Source of the DNA: a bacterium
Lineage (GTDB): Bacteria; UBP6; UBA1177
Length of the DNA stretch: 64,000 nt
Assembly (NCBI GenBank): GCA_016290135.1
Contig: JAEESW010000002.1
Coordinates: forward strand, 122,584-186,583
Reading direction: 5' to 3'
Made by a program: the position numbers and the translations under genes. Numbering within the stretch: position 1 is the first letter of the stretch; each line of letters starts with the position of its first letter. Positions 1-7,588 of this stretch are shown in pieces. The notes below the pieces were generated by a model. That model saw nothing but the letters and a program-made list of their open reading frames with translations. It did no database searches and was not told the origin of the DNA.

Positions 1-144
1 AATTTAGTCCGTTTATTTTAATGATAAGAGCCTGTTTTTCAACTATTTTGAAGGAAAAGTGTAAAATGACAATAAGGTCCGGACCTCTTTACTTTTCACG
101 CTGAAACAATAATATGCACTCGTTTTTTTGCCGGGGAGGAAGGC

Positions 145-2607
145 ATGTTTCTAAAAAACAGCAACAATATCGCCGTAATCACAGGAAATTCTGAAATTTC
201 CTATGCCACACTGCTCAAAACAGTTGCACTTTTCTCCGACATTCTCGGAGACCTTGACGGAAAAAGAGTACTCATCATCAGCGAGAACAGGGCGGAATAC
301 ATCTACACGCTCTATGCCGTATGGAAATCAGGCGGAGTCGTAGTACCCGTCGACTTCATGAGCACTCCCGACGAGATCGCCTACATTCTCAACGACTGTT
401 CGCCCGATACCGTCTGTTTTTCTGAAAAAGTGCGTGAAAACGTAGAGAAAGCGATCGGACTTTCAGGCAGGACATCGATAAAAAGCGTAGTTTTTGAAGA
501 CATCCGCGGAGACGTTTCCAAATATGAAGCCGCCGATTTCGATGCCGAGGACAAAAGCAAAGTCGCGATGATAATCTACACCTCGGGAACGACAGGTTCA
601 CCGAAAGGGGTTGTCCTCTCTTTTGCAAACATCATGGTGAACATGGACGCACTCCAGAAATGCGGATACTACAGCAAGGACGATGTTGTCCTGATGATAC
701 TTCCGCTGCACCACATATTCCCTCTTTTGGGAACAGTCGTAGCACCGCTTTTAGGCGGCGGAAAAGTCCTTATGGCGCCCTCGCTCCAGGCCGCAGACAT
801 CGCAAAAACAATGGCTGAAGGTCATCCCACGATGATCATCGCAGTCCCGAGATTCTACGAGATGCTGATGAAAGGGATAATGCAGAAAATAAACTCCGGG
901 ATCCTGACCAGAGCGGTATTCAAGATCGCCAAACTCGCAAACAGCACTGCTTTTTCAAAAATAGTTTTCAGATCCGTTGCAAAAAGATTCGGCGGGAACG
1001 TCAGATACTGCATCTGCGGAGGGGCGAAACTCGACATCGCGGTGTGGAATTTCTTCAAAGTCATCGGATTCACGATAAGCGAAGGCTACGGCATGACCGA
1101 GGCAAGTCCGATGATAACTTTCCCCCGTCCAGGCAAAGGCAAGGCCGGATTCGTAGGGACAGAACTTGAAAAAGGCGGGGTCAGGATCGTCGACGGCGAG
1201 ATCCTGGCACGCGGAAACAACATCATGATCGGCTATTACAACCGTCCGGAAGAGACTGCGGAAGTGCTTAAAGACGGATGGCTCCACACCGGCGACCTCG
1301 GTTTTCTCGACAAGGACGGCAACCTCTGCATAACAGGCAGAAAAAAGGAGATCATAGTTTTGGGAAACGGCAAAAATGTCAATCCCGCCGAGATAGAACA
1401 GGCTGTAGAGCGCAGCGACACGCTGATCGCCGAGATCGCAGTGATAGGAAAGAACGGTGTTCTCTGCGCGATAATCCGTCCTGACGAGAAGGTGCTTGCA
1501 TCGAGGCAGATCCCCAATCTTGAAGAGTACATACGCTGGGAGATCATCGACAAATACAACTCGACAGCCTCGCATCACAAAAAGATCCTTGATTTCGTCC
1601 TCGTGAACCAGCCGCTTCCCCGCACCAGGCTTGACAAGATACAGCGCTACAAACTCGAAGATTTCCTAACAAAAAAGGACGAGAACCGCGCTCGAAGCGA
1701 GATCCCTGACACAAAGGAATACGCCGGGATCGCAGCTTACCTGAAAAGAACAACGGAAAAGCCGGTCTATCCGGACGATCATATCGAAATAGATCTCGGA
1801 CTCGACTCACTCGACAAGATCGAGTTCGTATCGTTCCTGAATTCGGAATTCGGCATAAAAATAACCGAAAACGACCTCCAGAACTGCGCAACAGTGCGTA
1901 AGATCGCCGATTTCACAGCGGAACGCAGCAGCAAAAAGGCGGAAAGCACGAAACAGGACTGGAAGACCGTCCTCAGGGAGAATCTCGACAAGATAGAGCT
2001 TCCCAGAAGCGCTTTCTACCACAGATTTTTGCGTTTCAGCCTTGTCGCAGCGGTAAGGACATTCTTCAAAGTCCGTTTTTACGGTGCAGAAAATATCCCG
2101 AAAGGGCCCGTGATCTTCGCCGCGAACCACCAGAGCGTAGTCGACGCCCTTTTCGTCTTGGCGAAAATTCCGGCAAAAGAGTTCAAAAAGACCTACTGTT
2201 TTGCCAAAGGAAAGCATTTCAGGCAGTGGTGGCGCAGATACATGGCCAAACGCAACAACATCATCATAATGCGTGAAAACGAAGAGATCGTTGATTCGAT
2301 AAAACGCATGGCATCAGTCCTCAAAAAAGGGCGCAACGTCCTGATTTTTCCCGAGGGGACCCGCAGCCGCGACGGCGAACTCGGCGAGTTCAAGCAGACA
2401 TTCTCCCTTCTTGCCTGCGAGATCAGTGTTCCTGTAGTCCCGGTAGCGATAGACGGAGCTTTCGAGGCTTTCCCGCGCAACAGAAAGTTCCCGCACCCAT
2501 TCAAAAGGATCACTGTCACCTACCTTCCGCCGATAAGCCCTGAAGGAAAATCAAGGGAAGAGCTGGCGCAAGCCGTAAAAGAAGCTATCGAAGAAAAGAT
2601 CAGATAA
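145..2607 (+). CDS. Tri-domain fatty-acid AMP ligase / acyl carrier (PP-binding) / lysophospholipid acyltransferase fusion (Aas-like)
   Basis: N-terminal AMP-binding signature YTSGTTGSPKG. Central phosphopantetheine-attachment-like segment DLGLDSLDKIEFV. C-terminal LPLAT motifs NHQSVVD (HX4D) and FPEGTRS. Confidence 0.6.
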   Translation: MFLKNSNNIAVITGNSEISYATLLKTVALFSDILGDLDGKRVLIISENRAEYIYTLYAVWKSGGVVVPVDFMSTPDEIAYILNDCSPDTVCFSEKVRENVEKAIGLSGRTSIKSVVFEDIRGDVSKYEAADFDAEDKSKVAMIIYTSGTTGSPKGVVLSFANIMVNMDALQKCGYYSKDDVVLMILPLHHIFPLLGTVVAPLLGGGKVLMAPSLQAADIAKTMAEGHPTMIIAVPRFYEMLMKGIMQKINSGILTRAVFKIAKLANSTAFSKIVFRSVAKRFGGNVRYCICGGAKLDIAVWNFFKVIGFTISEGYGMTEASPMITFPRPGKGKAGFVGTELEKGGVRIVDGEILARGNNIMIGYYNRPEETAEVLKDGWLHTGDLGFLDKDGNLCITGRKKEIIVLGNGKNVNPAEIEQAVERSDTLIAEIAVIGKNGVLCAIIRPDEKVLASRQIPNLEEYIRWEIIDKYNSTASHHKKILDFVLVNQPLPRTRLDKIQRYKLEDFLTKKDENRARSEIPDTKEYAGIAAYLKRTTEKPVYPDDHIEIDLGLDSLDKIEFVSFLNSEFGIKITENDLQNCATVRKIADFTAERSSKKAESTKQDWKTVLRENLDKIELPRSAFYHRFLRFSLVAAVRTFFKVRFYGAENIPKGPVIFAANHQSVVDALFVLAKIPAKEFKKTYCFAKGKHFRQWWRRYMAKRNNIIIMRENEEIVDSIKRMASVLKKGRNVLIFPEGTRSRDGELGEFKQTFSLLACEISVPVVPVAIDGAFEAFPRNRKFPHPFKRITVTYLPPISPEGKSREELAQAVKEAIEEKIR

Positions 2608-2610
2608 TAT

Positions 2611-2658
2611 CGTTATCCCGTTATCCCGTTATTCCGTTATTCCGTTATCCCGTTATTG
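2611..2658. repeat. Six tandem copies of the octamer CGTTAT(C/T)C between convergent genes
   Basis: Read directly: cgttatcc cgttatcc cgttattc cgttattc cgttatcc cgttattg. It starts 4 nt after the TAA stop of the 145..2607 gene. Confidence 0.8.
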
Positions 2659-2667
2659 ATGCCGGAA

Positions 2668-3690
2668 TTATTTCGTCCAGTTGTTGTAGAGAAGCGTTCC
2701 TGTGTAAAGAAGCGAGAATGTCGGCGCGATCTGCTGGATTATGCGGTTGTAGCTGACAAGCGCCATCGTTGCGACATAAACTCTGTCGCCAGGCATCAGG
2801 CGCACCTGACCTGCCTTGCCTGTCATAATATCGTCGAAGTGGAACTGGATGAGCAGGTGTTTCCCGCCTGTCTGACGGACCATGTAGATCCTTCCGTCGG
2901 CTGCGTTGGGCTGAACGAGTCCTCCCGCATCCGCAACGAGGTCTATCATGGTATAGTTGCCTGATGTCATCTCGAAAGCGCCGGGATTTTTGACTTCGCC
3001 CAAAATATAGACTCTGTTTGCCGAAGGAGCCGGAACATAAAATGTGTCGCCGTCTTTCAGATAATACTTCGAAAAATCGCGTGTTCCCGTTGCGATCTCG
3101 CTGATGCTTATCGGAAGGACCGTTTCTCCGCGTTTGAGGTAGACGAATTCAATGGAATTCTTTTCCGAAGAAGATGCAGGGACCATTCCGGTAACGGCTT
3201 CAAGCAGGTTCGTATTGACTTTTATCGGGTTTTTGCCGGCATTTTTCACATTGCCGACAACATAGTAGAATTTACTTTCGTATTTGACGACATCGAACAT
3301 TATGTGCGGGTCTTTTATAAATTTCGAATAGCCCTCTTCAAGTTTTTCGACGATCTCTTTTCTCGTAAACCCGGCTATTTTCACCTGCTTCAGAAGCGGG
3401 ATATTGACTTCACCGTTTTCATCTACGGCATAGCCGAAGATCTCGCCCAGCGCGGTCGCTTGAGTGCTGTCCTGCGGGTTTCCGTAGATTGTGATCTTGA
3501 TTTCGTCGCCGACTCCGACAGTATAACTCATATCTTCAGAAGCAAATTCTTTGAAATCCTCGTCGAAATTCATTTCTTCTATCTTGAATTCTTCTTCCGG
3601 AACATCGGCGAATTTCCTGGCTCCGGAATAGGCGCAGGAACTTACAAGAAGGAGAATCACACAAAAAATCAGTGAATGTTTAAAAGCCAT
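2668..3690 (-). CDS. Polysaccharide export protein, Wza/KpsD-like (Poly_export + SLBB), lipoprotein
   Basis: Start moved to the internal Met giving MAFKHSLIFCVILLLVSSC (lipobox); the ORF-track 5' extension has no signal peptide. Motifs PGDRVYV and GEVKNPG are typical of this family. Confidence 0.6.
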   Translation of the reverse strand: MAFKHSLIFCVILLLVSSCAYSGARKFADVPEEEFKIEEMNFDEDFKEFASEDMSYTVGVGDEIKITIYGNPQDSTQATALGEIFGYAVDENGEVNIPLLKQVKIAGFTRKEIVEKLEEGYSKFIKDPHIMFDVVKYESKFYYVVGNVKNAGKNPIKVNTNLLEAVTGMVPASSSEKNSIEFVYLKRGETVLPISISEIATGTRDFSKYYLKDGDTFYVPAPSANRVYILGEVKNPGAFEMTSGNYTMIDLVADAGGLVQPNAADGRIYMVRQTGGKHLLIQFHFDDIMTGKAGQVRLMPGDRVYVATMALVSYNRIIQQIAPTFSLLYTGTLLYNNWTK

Positions 3691-4034
3691 ATCCCACCTA
3701 TAATCATAAAAAGGCCGCCGAACTGAAAAGCGCTCAACCTTTCGTGGAACACCAGAAGAGACCACAGCGTCACGATTATGAGACCGCATGAAGTCATCAT
3801 CGGGTAAGCTATCGAGAGATTGAACTTTTCGAGAGCTTTCGTGTAGAAAACAAGCGCGATCCCGAAGCATGCGATACCTGACATCAGCTTGATATTGGTG
3901 ACATAGCTCAGCACGAAAGGAATGATCCCGTCGCTAAGCTTCACCGGATCCGCCATAACTCCGGCCTTCATCAGAATATTCGCTCCGGCGTTGAAAACTA
4001 TCGCCAGAATGAGAAAGATCACACTTGTGCTCAT
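3669..4034 (-). CDS. Small four-TM DMT/SMR-like membrane transporter (EamA/ArnE-like)
   Basis: 121 aa, four hydrophobic helices. ATGA overlap with the upstream PfkB gene and a 22-nt overlap with the Wza-like gene. Confidence 0.4.
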   Translation of the reverse strand: MSTSVIFLILAIVFNAGANILMKAGVMADPVKLSDGIIPFVLSYVTNIKLMSGIACFGIALVFYTKALEKFNLSIAYPMMTSCGLIIVTLWSLLVFHERLSAFQFGGLFMIIGGIWLLNIH

Positions 4035-5005
4035 AACGCCTTTATCCTGGCAATAAGTTCAGGCCAGCACTCATCCGGGATCTTCGCACCGATCTTTTCG
4101 ATCACGCACGCAGCGAGGATCGTTCCTGCCATCGCGCTTTTTTCAAGCGGGAGCCCGTTTGCAAGCCCGTAAAGGAAACCTGATGCATAAAGGTCTCCTG
4201 CGCCGGTCGTATCGACACGTTTAGCATCGACCGGAGGAATATGCAGAAGTTCTTTGCCGGTCGCAACTATCGAGCCTCTGGGACCTGTCTTCACAACAGC
4301 AGTTCTGCATATTTCGGCTATTTTCAGAGCGCTTTCCTCCGCCGGAAGACCGGTGAACGAACGCGCCTCTTCCTCGTTTGCAAAGACGATATCGACATAT
4401 CTTTCGACTATCGACTGCAGGAATCCCAGATTTTCGACAACGACATTGAAGCTTGCAAGGTCAAGAGAAGTCGTAAGCCCTGCCTCTTTCGCAAGGACAA
4501 GCGACCTTTCGATCAGATCGTGATCCTGCACGAGGTATCCCTCGACGTGAAAAATATCGTATCCTTTGAAAAGATCGACCGAAAGCTCGTCCGCGGCAAG
4601 TTTTACAGCCGAACCGAGATAAGTCGCAAAAGTGCGTTCTGAATCAGGTGAGATCAGAGCGATCGCCCTGCCTGTCTGAGGTCCGTCTTTGAAAAGAAGC
4701 GGAGTGATACCGGAATTCTGCATATCTTTTCTAAAAATATCGCCGAATCCGTCTTCGCTCACCTTGCCGATAAAAGCCGTCTCTATCCCCAGTTTCGCCA
4801 GACCGTGGATCGTGTTGGAGGCGCTGCCGCCGCTCACGAGAGAAAAATCAAGATTCTCGACCGTTTTCAAAACCCTTTCGCTGAATGCAAGATCGACAAG
4901 CTGCATGCTGCCTTTTGCAAGACCGAGTTCCTCAAGGACCGAGTCTCCGGGCAGAGCTACAAGGATATCCAGAAGAGCATTTCCCATGCCAAGGATCTTT
5001 TTCAT
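4031..5005 (-). CDS. PfkB-family carbohydrate/nucleoside kinase (adenosine kinase-like)
   Basis: C-terminal PfkB signature DTTGAGDLYASGFLYGL and an N-terminal GG-containing substrate lid. Confidence 0.7.
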   Translation of the reverse strand: MKKILGMGNALLDILVALPGDSVLEELGLAKGSMQLVDLAFSERVLKTVENLDFSLVSGGSASNTIHGLAKLGIETAFIGKVSEDGFGDIFRKDMQNSGITPLLFKDGPQTGRAIALISPDSERTFATYLGSAVKLAADELSVDLFKGYDIFHVEGYLVQDHDLIERSLVLAKEAGLTTSLDLASFNVVVENLGFLQSIVERYVDIVFANEEEARSFTGLPAEESALKIAEICRTAVVKTGPRGSIVATGKELLHIPPVDAKRVDTTGAGDLYASGFLYGLANGLPLEKSAMAGTILAACVIEKIGAKIPDECWPELIARIKAL

Positions 5006-5036
5006 GTCTGATACCTATCGGATTTGAATCAAAAGA

Positions 5037-6593
5037 TTACTTGTTAATAATTTTTACGCGGTCTACATTCGTTTTTGCAAATGTGCCTTTCGCCTTCATG
5101 TAATCAACAAGGATCGATGAAAGAAGGTAAGCGGTATCCTTTTTGGATCTGATTTCTTTGAGGATCGTGTATCCGTCTCCGCCGTTCGCGATGAACGAAT
5201 TGAGGGCGACTTTGTATTTTTTAGCCTTGTCGAGAGGTTTCCCTGCGACTTTGATCTCAAGAGCTTCGCCTTTATAGATCTTAAGTTCGATGCCGGAAAC
5301 CTGAAGGAATCCGCCTGCACCGATGCCTTTCTGAGCAAAGAAATCAAGGACATCCTGGATCTGCGCGCCGGTAAGTTCAGCCGTGTAGACAGTATCCTGG
5401 AACGGGAAGATGCTGTAGATGTCTTTTTCTGTGACAGCGCCTTTCTTGAGCGACTGTCTGATGCTTCCGCCGTTCAGGAAAGCGACATCCGCACCGGTCT
5501 TTTCACGCATGATGTCGGTGATGATGTCGCCCAGTTCGACCTCTTTTTTCCTTGCGATATCGTCGCTGCCGTCAAGGTCTCTGTCGATCTTTCCGATCTG
5601 TTTGGTCGGAAATTCGCATTTGAAACCGTTGAGCATATCGATCATCGCCTTGTTTTCCTTTATTTCCTCGCCTATGAATTTGTAGCCTTTGTCCTTCTTT
5701 TCCTTGAGGTTGATCGGATAGATCTTGTAATCGGTCTTCACGATTCTGGTCCCCTGGAAGTAGAAGTCGATCCTGCCGACCCATTTGCCCAGGCCTTCTG
5801 TCTGGACGATGTGCGTATCGCCGATCTTTACAGGGCTTGCAAGCTGTCTCTGGGTGTGTCCGCCGACGATGAGGTCGATGCCCTGAACAGCTTTAGCGAG
5901 GTAATTGTCGCCTTCGTAACCGTCGAAACTCTTGTCGCTGTCGTAGAAACCGAGGTGGCTGAGAACTATAACGACATCGTTTTTCTTCTTGAGGATCGGG
6001 ACCCACATTTTAGCGGTCTCGACAGGGTCGCTCATCGTAAGGTTTCCTTTGATGCCCTGGCTGGAGATGCTTTCGGTCTCTCTTGTCGTAAGACCGAGGA
6101 CAGCGACTTTGAGACCGTCGTCGAACTTCTTTTCGATGTAGTTCTGACCGATCGATTCTGTTCCGCCTTCTTTATACATATTTGCGCTGAGGAACGGGAA
6201 CTTAGCCGTTTCCTGCATCTTCTTGAATGCCTCGAACCCGAAGTCGAATTCGTGGTTTCCGATAGCCATCGCATCGTAGCCGACAAGGTTCATGCCCTCA
6301 ACCATCGGAATATTTTCGCAGATGTTGCTTCTCGGATCACCGAGCGTGATGTCGCCGGCGCTGAGAACGAGAACGTTTCCGCCTTTGCCCTGAACTTCAG
6401 CCCTGATGTTGTCGACCAGAGTCTTCTGAGCTGCAAGACCGCCGATGCCCGGATTGTGAGGCTCGTCGAATTTCCAAGCCATACCGTGGGAATCATTGGT
6501 AAAAATGACGGTAAGAAGACGGTCTTTGTTGTCTGCACCGAAAACCGTCAAAACTGAAAGAATACAAAAAACAGCAACGAGAAATTTTCTCAT
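5037..6593 (-). CDS. Secreted bifunctional 5'-nucleotidase / UDP-sugar hydrolase (UshA-like metallophosphoesterase)
   Basis: Signal peptide, calcineurin-like motifs (GDITLGD, GNHEFDFG) and a C-terminal 5'-nucleotidase domain. Confidence 0.7.
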   Translation of the reverse strand: MRKFLVAVFCILSVLTVFGADNKDRLLTVIFTNDSHGMAWKFDEPHNPGIGGLAAQKTLVDNIRAEVQGKGGNVLVLSAGDITLGDPRSNICENIPMVEGMNLVGYDAMAIGNHEFDFGFEAFKKMQETAKFPFLSANMYKEGGTESIGQNYIEKKFDDGLKVAVLGLTTRETESISSQGIKGNLTMSDPVETAKMWVPILKKKNDVVIVLSHLGFYDSDKSFDGYEGDNYLAKAVQGIDLIVGGHTQRQLASPVKIGDTHIVQTEGLGKWVGRIDFYFQGTRIVKTDYKIYPINLKEKKDKGYKFIGEEIKENKAMIDMLNGFKCEFPTKQIGKIDRDLDGSDDIARKKEVELGDIITDIMREKTGADVAFLNGGSIRQSLKKGAVTEKDIYSIFPFQDTVYTAELTGAQIQDVLDFFAQKGIGAGGFLQVSGIELKIYKGEALEIKVAGKPLDKAKKYKVALNSFIANGGDGYTILKEIRSKKDTAYLLSSILVDYMKAKGTFAKTNVDRVKIINK

Positions 6594-7180
6594 TTTAATC
6601 CCCCTGATTTATCAGATGTTAAACTTTCGATGATCCGTTTCATGTCGGACGAAGAATATATTGAATCTTTTGAAGATGTCAAATAGTTGCGCGCATATCT
6701 CGCATAATTTTCAGCCGATTTCCTCAAGCCTTCGATCTCTTCCGCGGTGACAGTGCGTCTGACCTTTGCCGGATTGCCCGCCACAAGAACGCCTTCCGGG
6801 ATCTCAGTTCCGCCGAGAACGATCGAATTTGCGGCGATTATCGAATTTTTCCCGATTTTACAGCCGTCAAGAACGACCGCCCCCATTCCGATGAGCACAT
6901 TGTCGCCGATCACCGAACCGTGAATGACGGCGTTGTGCCCGACCGTAACGTCGTCGCCGATCACTGTCGGATAAAGCGCAGTCGTGACGTGGATCGTCGC
7001 ATTGTCCTGGATATTCGTCCTTCTGCCTATTTTTATGCTGTTGACATCGCCTCTTACCACAGCGCCGAACCAGATGCCGCTCTCAGCACCGACAGTTACA
7101 TCGCCTATAACGTCGGCAGTTCTGAAGATCACCGCTTCCGGATCAACTGCCGGGATCTTGTCAAGATAGTTTGTTATCAT
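6590..7180 (-). CDS. Gamma-carbonic-anhydrase-family hexapeptide-repeat protein (YrdA/PaaY-like)
   Basis: Left-handed beta-helix hexapeptide repeats. Start chosen at MITNYLDK, preceded by AGGAG. ATGA overlap with the 5'-nucleotidase gene. Confidence 0.6.
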   Translation of the reverse strand: MITNYLDKIPAVDPEAVIFRTADVIGDVTVGAESGIWFGAVVRGDVNSIKIGRRTNIQDNATIHVTTALYPTVIGDDVTVGHNAVIHGSVIGDNVLIGMGAVVLDGCKIGKNSIIAANSIVLGGTEIPEGVLVAGNPAKVRRTVTAEEIEGLRKSAENYARYARNYLTSSKDSIYSSSDMKRIIESLTSDKSGGLK

Positions 7181-7580
7181 CTTTTTCTCCTTTTTCCTCT
7201 GGATCTTCCGCTTCAAATTCTTCCAACACTTTGTCTGACTCGCTTTTTATGTTTGCAAACGACGAACCTAAAAGCAGGAGACCGATCATTGCGAGGACCG
7301 CGAAAACAGAGGGCGCATGCTCGGCCTGAGAGAGCCTGTTGGATGCAGCCATACACCTGCGCGCGATCTTTTTCTGCTCCTCATAACTAAGATCTTTCCA
7401 GGAATCGGGTGCTTTGTCTGCAAAGCAGGTCCCATCGGCTTTGAGCTGCTCGTATTCAGCTCTTGCGTCGTCTCTCGCATAAAGCATCCAGCAGAGTGCG
7501 GCAATACTTACGACCGAAAGAATAAGACCGTAAAGCCCCCTTTTTGTTCCAAGCACTCGTTCTTTCAAAGAGTTATTCAT
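7161..7580 (-). CDS. Hypothetical small membrane protein with acidic C-terminus
   Basis: One or two hydrophobic segments. In-string position between the helicase and the gamma-CA gene. No recognisable family. Confidence 0.3.
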   Translation of the reverse strand: MNNSLKERVLGTKRGLYGLILSVVSIAALCWMLYARDDARAEYEQLKADGTCFADKAPDSWKDLSYEEQKKIARRCMAASNRLSQAEHAPSVFAVLAMIGLLLLGSSFANIKSESDKVLEEFEAEDPEEKGEKDDNKLS

Positions 7581-7588
7581 TTTTCCTC

